Below, piece by piece: positions 9,884 through 18,849 of a DNA stretch of 64,000 nucleotides. Made by a program: the position numbers and the translations under genes. Within the stretch, counting starts at the first letter, position 1; the number at the start of each line of letters is the position of its first letter. Origin of the DNA: Chloroflexota bacterium (lineage in GTDB: Bacteria > Chloroflexota > Anaerolineae > Ardenticatenales > JAADHH01); the NCBI GenBank assembly GCA_013151955.1, contig JAADHH010000095.1:3195-67194 (forward strand). The letters are read 5' to 3'. The notes beneath the pieces were generated by a model. The model made no database searches, was not told the origin of the DNA, and was given only the letters and a program-made list of their open reading frames with translations.

Positions 9884-9925
9884 AGAAAAAGCCCTGTCCG
9901 GAGAGGATCAGGGCTTTTTCTTTTC
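9884..9925. terminator. Bidirectional rho-independent terminator between the GT39-like gene and flp
   Basis: Stem AAAAAGCCCTG (9886-9896) pairs with CAGGGCTTTTT (9909-9919) around a 12-nt loop. T-runs follow on both strands. Confidence 0.75.
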
Positions 9926-9946
9926 GTTGAAAGGAGAGCTACAGTA

Positions 9947-10102
9947 TCAGGTGCCAGCGAGACCACTGGTAATCGCACTGAATACGCTACCGATTTGCGG
10001 GCCAAGTAACGCCAGAATGGCGATAACAATCACGGCCACGAGTACTAGGATCAACGCATATTCGACCAGACCTTGCCCTTCCTCTTGAGGGAGATACAAC
10101 AT
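9947..10102 (-). CDS. flp: Flp/Fap-family type IVb pilin precursor (51 aa)
   Basis: Too short for the ORF track; found by hand. MLYLPQEEGQG|LVEYALILVLVAVIVIAILALLGPQIGSVFSAITSGLAGT has the G/xxxEY Flp cleavage motif and a hydrophobic helix. SD AAAGGAGGTGA lies 6 nt upstream of the ATG. Confidence 0.85.
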   Translation of the reverse strand: MLYLPQEEGQGLVEYALILVLVAVIVIAILALLGPQIGSVFSAITSGLAGT

Positions 10103-10206
10103 TTCTAATCACCTCCTTTACGTGTGGATTTTTGAGGGCCCTGGATAAGATTATTTGAGGAGGCCCTCCTTGTTTCTGTGCCGGGTACTTTCCCAATTGC
10201 ACCTTT

Positions 10207-10235
10207 ATTATAGTACAGTTTCTCCTAAGAAGCAA
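10207..10235 (-). promoter_or_regulatory. Predicted sigma-70-type promoter for flp (TTGCTT-N17-TATAAT)
   Basis: On the minus strand, TTGCTT sits at 10235..10230, followed by a 17-nt spacer and TATAAT at 12..07. This implies a ~95-nt leader containing the hairpin GAGGGCC...GGCCCTC. Confidence 0.4.
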
Positions 10236-10285
10236 TAGGATGGTGGTACCAATTCCTGGCAGGAGAAAGCCCCAAATTCTGTAAT

Positions 10286-10422
10286 GTGTCAGGTGTCAGG
10301 TGTCAGGTAAAACGTGATGCGTGATGCGTAAGACGCAATACGTTTCACGTCTTCACGTTTCACGTCCCGCCATTTTGAAAATAAGTTTAGAAGTTCAACT
10401 TCTCGGAGAAGTTGAACTTCTT
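10286..10422 (-). repeat. Family E composite repeat, copy E2 (inverted relative to E1)
   Basis: The reverse complement reads CGTGAAA CGTGAAGA CGTGAAA CGTATTG CGTCTTA (CGCATCA)x2 CGTTTTA (CCTGACA)x3. Two AGAAGTTSAACTTCT palindromes at 10389-10421. Confidence 0.9.
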
Positions 10423-10452
10423 GGCCCAATGCGTGTTCCGTCGTCCCCCGCT

Positions 10453-11949
10453 CTACGCTCCACGCTGTTCATCACTGTGAATTTGCTCTATCAGGGCGAG
10501 TGCCTCGGCACGTGACCGAACCTCGCCCGCGGCCTGTGCTTCACGCACCGACTCCAAGAGGCGTCCGATCACGGGACCGGGCGATAGTTGCAAGTGGCGC
10601 ATAACTTCTCGTCCATTGATCAGTGAGGGCGGGAATACGACTTCTTCGCGCTCTTGAAAAAAGGCCGAAAAGAGTCTCTTGGCCACATCCAAATGTTTCT
10701 TCCACAAAGACTCGGTCAAATCAGGCCCCCAGGTCGCCCGCACATCGGCAAGGGAGAGTACCACCACGGCCAGGCCGGCAGCACCGGTATCGCGGAAGAA
10801 ACGGTAGATGGCCCGCCGGCTGGCCGGCTGATTGACCATTTGTAGCGGGCGCATGTGGTTGCGCGTGATCGTCTGCACCCAGGAAACCTCCGCGCTCGAA
10901 AAACGGAGGCGTTGCAAGACCGTCCCCGCCATCTCCGCTCCAACGCCTTCGTGCCCATAGAAATGTACGCGACCCCGCTCATCCACCGTACGACACGACG
11001 GCTTGCCGGCATCGTGCAACAGGGCGGCGAATTTGAGCAGGAGGGCGCGGGAGCGGCCGGCCGACAGCGTCCCCGCAAGGTATTCGGCGACTTGCGGACG
11101 ATGTTGCTCATCCACCTGCAGAAGCCTCACCGCGCTGTCCGGCTGGCCATAGAGCGCCTGAAGCAAGTCCTCCAAAGCCATCACAGCCGCAATCGTGTGC
11201 TCGAAAGCATCGAACTTGTGCGGTGCGGGCTGCTTCAATCCCCTGAGCGCGGCCAGCTCTGGGAAAACCGTGGTCAACAGCCCGAGCTGGGCCACATCCG
11301 GCAGGTGCGCAGCTCCGCGAGGAAGCGCAAGCAGGCGGCAAAACTCATCGCGCACACGTTCGCCCGACACGTTTGCCAGCAAGGGCGCATCGCGGATGAT
11401 TTGGTCTCGTGTGTCTGCATCAATCGTCAAGCCCAGTTCCGCCGCTTGTCTGGAAGCACGCAGTAAGCGGACCGCATCGGCTTGGAACACGCCGGCAGAG
11501 AGTGCGCGCAGTTTGCCTTTGGCCAAATCGTGCAGTCCGCCGGCCGGATCAAACAATCGTCCTGTGCGTACATCCACGGCCAAGGCGTTGACGGTGAAAT
11601 CCCGGCCGGCCAGGTCGTCGAGGATGTCATCGCCCCGGATGTGCGCGAAGTCCAGGGCCAGCCGGCGGTCGTGCCGGGCGAGAATGGCCCGCCCCGTGTC
11701 TCGTTCCTGATCGAGTGGGTAGTACGCACCCCGAAAATGGTTTGCCACACGACGCGCGACGTCGCAACCGGAGCCGTGAGCAACGGCGAAGTCAACATCC
11801 CCCTGCAACCCCCGCCCCGATACCATGTCGCGCACGGTCCCGCCGACAAGATAGATGCCCTTGAACGTCTGTGCGACGTATTGCACGACTTCTTGCAGGA
11901 AAGGATCGCCGCCGGACAAGGCTTCGGCGAGGGAGAATCGGGCATTCAT
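10453..11949 (-). CDS. cca: CCA tRNA nucleotidyltransferase / poly(A) polymerase family with HD domain
   Basis: 498 aa. 'LVGGTVRDMVSGRGLQGDVDFAV' is the nucleotidyltransferase head; 'LLHDAGKP' and 'ITRNHMRP' are HD-domain motifs. Confidence 0.85.
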   Translation of the reverse strand: MNARFSLAEALSGGDPFLQEVVQYVAQTFKGIYLVGGTVRDMVSGRGLQGDVDFAVAHGSGCDVARRVANHFRGAYYPLDQERDTGRAILARHDRRLALDFAHIRGDDILDDLAGRDFTVNALAVDVRTGRLFDPAGGLHDLAKGKLRALSAGVFQADAVRLLRASRQAAELGLTIDADTRDQIIRDAPLLANVSGERVRDEFCRLLALPRGAAHLPDVAQLGLLTTVFPELAALRGLKQPAPHKFDAFEHTIAAVMALEDLLQALYGQPDSAVRLLQVDEQHRPQVAEYLAGTLSAGRSRALLLKFAALLHDAGKPSCRTVDERGRVHFYGHEGVGAEMAGTVLQRLRFSSAEVSWVQTITRNHMRPLQMVNQPASRRAIYRFFRDTGAAGLAVVVLSLADVRATWGPDLTESLWKKHLDVAKRLFSAFFQEREEVVFPPSLINGREVMRHLQLSPGPVIGRLLESVREAQAAGEVRSRAEALALIEQIHSDEQRGA

Positions 11950-12164
11950 GAGGGGCTTGGGCGAACAAATCGCAAAATGGGGTCTTCTTTCGGACGCAGC
12001 CGACGAGCGGCTGTCCAGGCCTCACGGGGCGTCTTGCCCACCCCCACCACGCGCGGGCCGATCATAGCCACCCAGCGTCCTTCATAGAGGCGCAAGTGGT
12101 CAGAAGATGGTTGGGGTGCTTTGCGAACCGATTTTTCCTTCCGCATGATGGTGTGCCTGGCCAC
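11946..12164 (-). CDS. Small hypothetical protein (DUF5678-like?)
   Basis: 72-aa ORF (GTG 12164, or ATG 12146). Its stop overlaps the cca start by 4 nt (ATGA). 'LYEGRWVAMIGPRVVGVGKTPREAWTAAR' resembles the small DUF5678 family from memory. No other support. Confidence 0.4.
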   Translation of the reverse strand: MARHTIMRKEKSVRKAPQPSSDHLRLYEGRWVAMIGPRVVGVGKTPREAWTAARRLRPKEDPILRFVRPSPS

Positions 12165-12360
12165 CCTACACCTTCCGCAAAGATGTCATCCTGAGCCACA
12201 CGGGGGCAAAGAATCGTGTTTGGACGATTCTTCCCCACAAAGACACCAAGACACAAAGGGTCTGTTTTCCTTTGTGTCTTCGTGCCTTGGTAGTAAAGTT
12301 TTCTTGCTCTTCGTACAGGAATCCAGAAGTTTCGGTACGACTTCTTTCAGTCTGGCCGCG

Positions 12361-13230
12361 CTACGACAGCGTTTCGGCGACGAATTCGGCCACCTGACCG
12401 GGATGGCCGGCCACGCGAGCTCCGGCCGCTTCCAGCGCCGCGATCTTGCTTGCCGCGGTGCCGGTACCGCCGGAGATGATTGCGCCGGCGTGCCCCATGC
12501 GCTTGCCTGGAGGGGCCGTCCGCCCGGCGATAAAGCTAAAGACCGGTTTGGTTACGTTTTCGGCGATGAACTTGGCCGCTTCTTCTTCGTCGGTGCCGCC
12601 AATCTCACCGATCATAACAATCGCTTCTGTCTCTGCGTCATTCTGGAACAGGTTCAAGACGTCGATGAAGTTGGAGCCCGGCACCGGATCGCCACCGATG
12701 CCGACGACCGTGCTTTGCCCGATGTCTCGGGTGGTCAACTCCCAGACGACCTCGTAGGTCAACGTACCACTTCGGGAAACCAGCCCCACAGGGCCACGCT
12801 TGTGGATGTAGCCGGGGATGATGCCCACTTTGGCTTCGTCTGGCGTGGTCAAGCCGGGACAGTTTGGGCCGATGAGGCGTGTGCCGGTGGTGTCCAGGTA
12901 TCGTTTGACCGGGATCATGTCCAGTACGGGGATGCCTTCGGTAATGCAAACGATCAAGCCGATGCCGGCATCGGCGGCCTCCAAGATGGCGTCGGGGGCA
13001 AAGCGGGCCGGCACGTAGATGATAGACGTGTTGGCGCCCGTCTCGTCCACGGCCTTCTGAACCGTGTCGAAGACCGGCACGCCGGCAACTTCCTGCCCGG
13101 CGCGACCGGGGGTGACGCCGGCAACGACGGGGGTCCCGTAGGCAACCATCTGTTCCGTATGAAAAGTCCCCTCGCGGCCGGTAATGCCCTGTACCAGCAG
13201 ACGGGTGTTTTTGTCGACAAGGATGCTCAT
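12361..13230 (-). CDS. sucD: Succinyl-CoA synthetase subunit alpha
   Basis: 289 aa. [28 protein letters not shown]...; 'SRSGTLTYE'; and the phosphohistidine loop 'MGHAGAII'. Confidence 0.97.
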   Translation of the reverse strand: MSILVDKNTRLLVQGITGREGTFHTEQMVAYGTPVVAGVTPGRAGQEVAGVPVFDTVQKAVDETGANTSIIYVPARFAPDAILEAADAGIGLIVCITEGIPVLDMIPVKRYLDTTGTRLIGPNCPGLTTPDEAKVGIIPGYIHKRGPVGLVSRSGTLTYEVVWELTTRDIGQSTVVGIGGDPVPGSNFIDVLNLFQNDAETEAIVMIGEIGGTDEEEAAKFIAENVTKPVFSFIAGRTAPPGKRMGHAGAIISGGTGTAASKIAALEAAGARVAGHPGQVAEFVAETLS

Positions 13231-13287
13231 GAAATTCCTCCTGATATTGAAACAGCAATTGGCGAATGAGCGAACCGGTCCCCCGAT

Positions 13288-14628
13288 TCACGCATTCGAT
13301 TGACAAAAGCGTTTGGTTACGTCAAATAAGGTATGGGTGCCAAAACCCATGCTATCTACGGCGATGCGTTCGTCGTGGCCATGGGCCAAGCCGAAATGTT
13401 CCACTTGCGGATTGTACAATACCGGCGAGAAGCCGTAAACTTGCGTGCCCAGCCGGGTAACGTGCTTGGCGTCGGTCGCACCGGTCAACATGTACGGAAC
13501 CAGCACGGCACCGGGCATCGTTTCCATCATCACCTGGCGAATGACCTCGAACAGGGGAGAATCGGGCCCACTTTCCAGCGGAGCGCCATAATCCAGGAAC
13601 TCGATCTCGGCCTGATCCCCCAGCACCGCTTCCAGCTCTGCCCGAAAACTTTCTCTCGTTTGGTCGGGAACGATGCGCCCATCTACATGAGCCTCGGCCA
13701 CCGATGGAATTACGTTCACGCGGCTGCCAGATTGCAGCATGGTGGGGGTGGCCGTGTTGTGGAGCATAGCCACAAACGTGCGACGGAGGTCTTCCCGAAT
13801 GGGGAGGCTGTCTGGGTCAAGTCCCCCTCCATCGAGCAGCGTTTGCAGAGCAGCGCGTACTTCCGGCGTTTGCGTTTCACCGATGGTTTCGAACATCGTG
13901 CGCAGGGTGGTGGTGACGTGTACGGGGAGGGTCTGTTCTCCCAGGCACTGTATGGCCGCAGCCAGGTGTATCACAGCGTTGTCATTGTGCGGCACGGAAG
14001 CATGGCCCGGCTTCCCGCGTGTCCGCAACGCGAAGCGAGCATAGCCCTTTTCGGCCGTCTGGCAGGCGTAGAAAACCGTCCCTCCCACTTCGAAGGCAAA
14101 ACCGCCCCCTTCGTTCAGGGCGTATTCCGCCCGGATGAGGTCTGGGTGGTTGTCCACCAGCCAGCCGGCACCCCATTCCCCGCCGGCCTCCTCGTCTGCG
14201 GAAGCCATGAAGATTACGTCACGCCGGAGCGGGACATCCATGCGCCGGAGAAGCAACATGACCATCAATTCCATGGCGACCATCTGCTTCATGTCCACGG
14301 CCCCCCGGCCAAATATGTAGCCGTCCGCAATTTCAGCGGCGAAGGGGGGATGCGTCCAATGGTCTGCCTCGGCCGGCACCACATCGGTGTGTCCCATCAA
14401 GAGCAAGGGGGCCGCTTCATCTGCGCTGCGCAGTCGGGCAACCAGGTTGCTGCGTCCGGGGGACCCTTCCAGGATGACCGGTTCGATGCCTTCATCGCGC
14501 AGGATGTCCGCCAAGTATTCTGCGGCCAGCGCTTCGTTCCCGGGCGGATTCACCGTTTCCAGGCGAATGAGTGCCTGTAGATGTCGTACCGCCTCGTTCT
14601 GCAGAGCAGTCCAATCAAAATTGACCAT
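13288..14628 (-). CDS. M20/M25/M40 family metallopeptidase (ArgE/DapE/CPG2-like)
   Basis: 446 aa. 'LLMGHTDVVP', 'ADEEAGGEWGAGW' and 'NEGG' are metal-ligand motifs typical of M20. Confidence 0.85.
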   Translation of the reverse strand: MVNFDWTALQNEAVRHLQALIRLETVNPPGNEALAAEYLADILRDEGIEPVILEGSPGRSNLVARLRSADEAAPLLLMGHTDVVPAEADHWTHPPFAAEIADGYIFGRGAVDMKQMVAMELMVMLLLRRMDVPLRRDVIFMASADEEAGGEWGAGWLVDNHPDLIRAEYALNEGGGFAFEVGGTVFYACQTAEKGYARFALRTRGKPGHASVPHNDNAVIHLAAAIQCLGEQTLPVHVTTTLRTMFETIGETQTPEVRAALQTLLDGGGLDPDSLPIREDLRRTFVAMLHNTATPTMLQSGSRVNVIPSVAEAHVDGRIVPDQTRESFRAELEAVLGDQAEIEFLDYGAPLESGPDSPLFEVIRQVMMETMPGAVLVPYMLTGATDAKHVTRLGTQVYGFSPVLYNPQVEHFGLAHGHDERIAVDSMGFGTHTLFDVTKRFCQSNA

Positions 14629-14861
14629 TAAGAACTCAAATCTATCTTAAATTATCGGCACGGTTCATTTTACAAAGAAAACAGTTGGACAAATGGTAAC
14701 GGTTTGCACAGGCAAAATCCGTGACGCGTGGCCCGTGAAAAGAGCCTTCTTTCACGCATTACATTTCACGTTTTACGCGGATTCTTCCCGGCACCAAAAC
14801 TCCATTTGTCAACCTGCTTTCAGACCGTGCTGAACCATGCCCAATTATCCATCGTCGGGGG

Positions 14862-16001
14862 TTACAAATTGCCTCGTGCGGCAGCGACCGCTTTTTGTGC
14901 GCCTTCGGCCAGGCTGTTTGCTGTGGCCATTTGGGCGCCGGCCAAGATGGCGCGGCCCTCTTCCTGGTTCGTGCCGACCAGGCGAGTGACCATCGGCACA
15001 TCGGTGTCGATCTGTTCAAAAGCCTCCAGGATGCCTTTGGCTACTTCATCACAGCGGGTGATACCGCCGAAGATGTTAAAGAGTACCGCTTTCACCTTTG
15101 GATCGGCCAGGATGATCCGCAAGGCCGCTGCTACTTTGTCGGCTTGTGCGCCACCGCCGATGTCCAGGAAGTTGGCAGGTTCAGCGCCATAGAGCTTAAT
15201 CACATCCATCGTAGCCATCGCCAATCCGGCACCGTTGACCATGCAGCCGATTTCGCCATCCAGGTCCACGTAGCTCAGGCCGTGGCGGCGCGCTTCCGTC
15301 TCTGCTTCTGTCTCCTCATCGGCGTCGCGCAAGGCGGCCAGGTCGGGATGGCGGAAGAGTGCGCTATCGTCAAGTACGACCTTGCCGTCTACGGCCAACA
15401 GCTTGTTGTCGCCGGTCACCACGAGGGGGTTGATCTCGGCCAGGGTTGCGTCGCTGCTCAGAAAACAATCGAAGAGTTGGTGGGCAATTGTGGTAAAGGG
15501 GCGCACCAGTTCTTTGGCCAGTCCGATGCCAAAGGCCAACTGGCGTGCCTGGTAATCTTGGAACCCTACGGCCGGGTCAATACGGACCGTGATGATCTTC
15601 TCGGGGGTGGTAGCGGCCACCTCCTCGATGTCCATGCCACCGGCTGCGGAGGCCATGAGGGCTACGCGACGGGCGGCGCGGTCCATCACAGCGCCGAGGT
15701 AAATTTCGTCTGCAATGTCAGCGGCCTGGTCGATCAAGACCTTGTGGACGGTCAGTCCTTTGATGTCCATGCCCAAGATTTGGTCTGCCACGCGCCCGGC
15801 CTCATCGGCAGATTTGGCCAGTTTCACCCCGCCGGCCTTGCCACGCCCTCCCACCAGAACTTGCGACTTGACCACAACCGTGCCGCCAAGGCGCGCAGCA
15901 ACCTCGCGTGCCTCGGCAGGTGTTGTCGCCACATCACCGTCCGGAATGGGAACGCCAAACTGGGCAAATAGACGTTTAGATTGGTATTCTTGTAACTTCA
16001 T
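14862..16001 (-). CDS. sucC: Succinyl-CoA synthetase subunit beta
   Basis: ORF 14862..16049 trimmed to ATG 16001 ([20 protein letters not shown]...). ATP-grasp N-terminus and '[10 protein letters not shown]' ligase-CoA motif. Confidence 0.95.
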   Translation of the reverse strand: MKLQEYQSKRLFAQFGVPIPDGDVATTPAEAREVAARLGGTVVVKSQVLVGGRGKAGGVKLAKSADEAGRVADQILGMDIKGLTVHKVLIDQAADIADEIYLGAVMDRAARRVALMASAAGGMDIEEVAATTPEKIITVRIDPAVGFQDYQARQLAFGIGLAKELVRPFTTIAHQLFDCFLSSDATLAEINPLVVTGDNKLLAVDGKVVLDDSALFRHPDLAALRDADEETEAETEARRHGLSYVDLDGEIGCMVNGAGLAMATMDVIKLYGAEPANFLDIGGGAQADKVAAALRIILADPKVKAVLFNIFGGITRCDEVAKGILEAFEQIDTDVPMVTRLVGTNQEEGRAILAGAQMATANSLAEGAQKAVAAARGNL

Positions 16002-16137
16002 GAATATGCCTCCGCGGATAGGTAAAAGAAATGTACGTTTTGTCGTCAAGCAGGTGAACTACGGCACAAATTATAACACAGGGATGCCGATTTGACAATA
16101 TCTTATCTTCCGGCGTGCTGCACAAACGCAGTGATGT

Positions 16138-16166
16138 TTGACGAAAAGGGAAAAGTACATTAGAAT
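16138..16166 (+). promoter_or_regulatory. Candidate promoter upstream of rplY (TTGACG-N17-TAGAAT)
   Basis: TTGACG at 16138-16143, a 17-nt spacer, and TAGAAT at 16161-16166. This would give a ~210-nt leader. Confidence 0.3.
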
Positions 16167-16381
16167 AGGGCAGATGTCAGTTTGATCATTACAATGGAGG
16201 TTGGCAAATGAAGGCCACCGTTCGTGAAGGTCTCCTTCCGAGCGCTTGTGTGCCACCAAAGACGAAAACCGTGCAGAGCGTTGCAACGTTGTACCATGCA
16301 ACCGCTCGAACGTTCAACGGCAATGACGTCTGGCCGTTATCTTCATCACGGACGAATTTTACAAGGAGTGATCGTACAATC

Positions 16382-17041
16382 ATGAGTGAACTTCAACTAG
16401 AAGCATCCAAGCGTACAGTGCTAGGCAAAAAAGTCCGTCAGTTACGACGGCAGGGAATTACCCCGGTTGTTCTATACGGCCCGGCTATTGATCCAAGGCC
16501 GCTCCAAGTGGACGAGCGTGCATTGGAAAGGACACTTGCTCTTTCTGGGAGAACGCAACTGATCGACCTGAAGCTCATGCCAGAAGGCCTTTCGTACGCC
16601 TCACTGGCACGCGAGATCCAAGTTGACACCCTCACCCAACAACTGCTTCATGTGGACTTTCAGGCCGTAGTCATGGACCAAGAAATCTCGGCATCCATAC
16701 CTTTGGTTTTTGACGGAGAACCACGCCCCATGATGCAGAATCTGGGCGTACTTGTCCAAAATCTGGACAAGGTGGAAGTGTCGGCCCTCCCCATGAATTT
16801 GCCTGCCGAAATTCGGGTGGACCTTACCAGTCTCGCGGAAGTCGGCCAAAAAATTTCTGTGGCAGATTTACCACTGGGGCCCACCGTTCGCCTGCTGTCC
16901 GACCCTGAAGAATGGGTGGCCCAGATCGTGCATGCCCGGGTCGCCGAAACCACCGAAGTGGTCGACGAGGAAGCGCTGGAATCTGTTGAAGCAGAAACAG
17001 AAGAGACGACGCAGCCAGGAGAAGAGGAGCCAGCAAGCTAA
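16382..17041 (+). CDS. rplY: 50S ribosomal protein L25 / general stress protein Ctc (long form)
   Basis: ORF 16208..17041 trimmed to ATG 16382 (MSELQLEASKRTVLGKKVRQLRRQGITPVVLYG...). Acidic C-terminal tail. Confidence 0.9.
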   Translation: MSELQLEASKRTVLGKKVRQLRRQGITPVVLYGPAIDPRPLQVDERALERTLALSGRTQLIDLKLMPEGLSYASLAREIQVDTLTQQLLHVDFQAVVMDQEISASIPLVFDGEPRPMMQNLGVLVQNLDKVEVSALPMNLPAEIRVDLTSLAEVGQKISVADLPLGPTVRLLSDPEEWVAQIVHARVAETTEVVDEEALESVEAETEETTQPGEEEPAS

Positions 17042-17050
17042 CTCCGACTG

Positions 17051-17206
17051 CCTAGCAGGCTGTCGGAGAGGTCTGTTTTCTTCTCTATTAGGTCACAGAT
17101 TCTCACAGAGAAACACAGATGTTCAGGCCAAATCATCGGAAAATCTGTGTTTATCCTGCAAATCTGTGTCCCATGATTCTTTCTTTTCTCCGACAAGCTG
17201 CTAGTT
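17051..17206 (+). repeat. Family C repeat, copy C1 (subtype a, with terminal inverted repeats)
   Basis: CTAGCAGGCTGTCGGAGAG (left) is inverted relative to CTCCGACAAGCTGCTAG (right). The core 'CACAGATTCTCACAGA...AAAATCTGTGTTTATCCTGCAAATCTGTGTCCCATGATTCTTTC' is shared with 31681-31757. The left end forms a hairpin plus T-rich run just after the rplY stop. Confidence 0.8.
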
Positions 17207-17538
17207 GACAAGCCAGAACCAAACAGGATAATCACAGATTGCGCTGAGTCTCGGACTTCTCTTGGTTTTTTACTCTGCGGCAGTCTCCCGCTTGGTTGCT
17301 GGTAAACATAAAAGGACCACGGATACCACGAAATGTTCGTTTTTTGGTCTGTGCAATCTGTGGTTGAAACACCCCATGTCTTCACAGCAACACGTAACAG
17401 GGGGCTGCCTAACCTGCGCAATGGGGAAGCCCCTATCTTGCATTGAAATCGGCACTGGTGCGCCGGGTGAAACTACGGGTCGAGCAGTATCGTCCGCTCA
17501 CCCGGCCACCAGAAACATGAATTGAGGAAGGGTGTCGC

Positions 17539-18600
17539 GTGTTCAGTCTGCTGAATTTCTTCTTGGGACTCTTTTCGCGGGATATTGCTATTGATCTTGG
17601 TACGGCGAACACGCTTGTCATGGTTCGCGGCCAAGGGGTCGTGATCAATGAGCCTTCGGTCGTGGCCATTGAATCCAGGACCAAGCGCGTGCTGGCAATT
17701 GGCAGTGAAGCCAAACAGATGGTGGGACGAACGCCGGCCAGCATCGTTGCCATCCGACCGCTTCGAGACGGGGTGATCTCCGATTTCGACGTGACGGAGC
17801 GGATGTTGCACTATTTCATCCGCAAAGTCCACGAAAAGGGCTTCTTGCCCATTGCCCGTCCACGGGTCATCGTGGGCATACCGGGCGGTGTTACCGAAGT
17901 AGAAAAACGAGCGGTCCGCGACGCCTGTATCAGCGCCGGCGCGCGCGAAGCACACCTCATCGAGCAGCCGATGGCCGCCGCCATTGGTGCTGGCTTGCCG
18001 GTTACCGAATCGCTGGGGAGCATGATCATCGACATTGGAGGGGGTACGACCGAAGTTGCCGTCACCGCGCTGGGCGGAATTGTGGTCAATCACTCCATTC
18101 GCGTAGCCGGCGACGAAATGGATGAAGAGATTGTCAACTATGCCCGTCAAAAATATAACCTTTTGATTGGCGAACGCATGGCCGAACGTACAAAGCTCGA
18201 AATTGGGTCTGCTTACCCCCTCGAAGAAGAAAAAACCATGACCCTTCGGGGACGAAACCTGATTACAGGATTGCCAGAAGCAATCAACGTCAGTAGTGTG
18301 GAAATACGCGAAGCACTTGCCGGACCAGTGGGCATGATCGTGGAAGCAACGCGAAGCACGCTGGACGAAACCCCACCTGAATTGATTGCAGACCTCATGG
18401 AACATGGTATTGCCTTGGCCGGCGGTGGCGCGCTGCTCTTGGGACTGGCTCAAAGATTGTCGGAGGAGACCAAGATGCACGTCTACGTCGCAGATGACCC
18501 CCTCACATCGGTGGTCAAGGGAGCGGGAATGGTGTTGGAAGAGCTGGACACCTTGCGCAAGGTGTTGGCTCCCACGCAGCGTGCCGGCATTCCATCTTGA
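17539..18600 (+). CDS. mreB: Rod-shape-determining actin homologue MreB
   Basis: 353 aa, GTG start. 'DIAIDLGTANTLV' and 'IIDIGGGTTEVAV' are actin-fold phosphate motifs. Confidence 0.97.
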   Translation: MFSLLNFFLGLFSRDIAIDLGTANTLVMVRGQGVVINEPSVVAIESRTKRVLAIGSEAKQMVGRTPASIVAIRPLRDGVISDFDVTERMLHYFIRKVHEKGFLPIARPRVIVGIPGGVTEVEKRAVRDACISAGAREAHLIEQPMAAAIGAGLPVTESLGSMIIDIGGGTTEVAVTALGGIVVNHSIRVAGDEMDEEIVNYARQKYNLLIGERMAERTKLEIGSAYPLEEEKTMTLRGRNLITGLPEAINVSSVEIREALAGPVGMIVEATRSTLDETPPELIADLMEHGIALAGGGALLLGLAQRLSEETKMHVYVADDPLTSVVKGAGMVLEELDTLRKVLAPTQRAGIPS

Positions 18601-18693
18601 CCTTTACCTGTGTCGTGACTGAATTATTCCTTTCCGCTCGTATTTTGCGGATAATTTATAGCTGATCGTTACTACTCAGGCCGGCTTTGGCAA

Positions 18694-18812
18694 GCAATGA
18701 ATTGCCCGCCTATAATTGCGAAACCTGTTGAAACAGGTTGCTGTTGTGCTAGAATAGTGCGTTTTAACGCACTTCGCAGTCTCAGTCTCAGGCGGCGAAT
18801 TCATTCGTCGCT
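18694..18812 (+). repeat. Family F repeat, copy F1 (MITE-like, ~120 bp)
   Basis: About 88% identical by eye to the reverse complement of 53364-53487. Termini GCAATGAATTGCCCGCC / GGCGGCGAATTCATTCGTCGC are inverted. Internal hairpins AAACCTGTTGAAACAGGTT and AGTGCGTTTTAACGCACT. Confidence 0.85.
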
Positions 18813-18849
18813 TTTCTTGGATAGCACCCGGCTGAAAGGGAAGTCACTG

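Noticed and set aside
12121-15971. Long plus-strand ORFs 12121..13269, 13333..14580 and 14895..15971.
   Set aside because: They are antisense shadows of sucD, the M20 peptidase and sucC respectively. None has a motif of its own.
18686-18716. TTGGCA-N18-TATAAT upstream of mreC, partly inside repeat F1, considered as a mobile outward-facing promoter.
   Set aside because: The -35 hexamer lies outside the element, and the second F copy (53364-53487) has no equivalent -35. The match is probably fortuitous. It is not reported as a feature.
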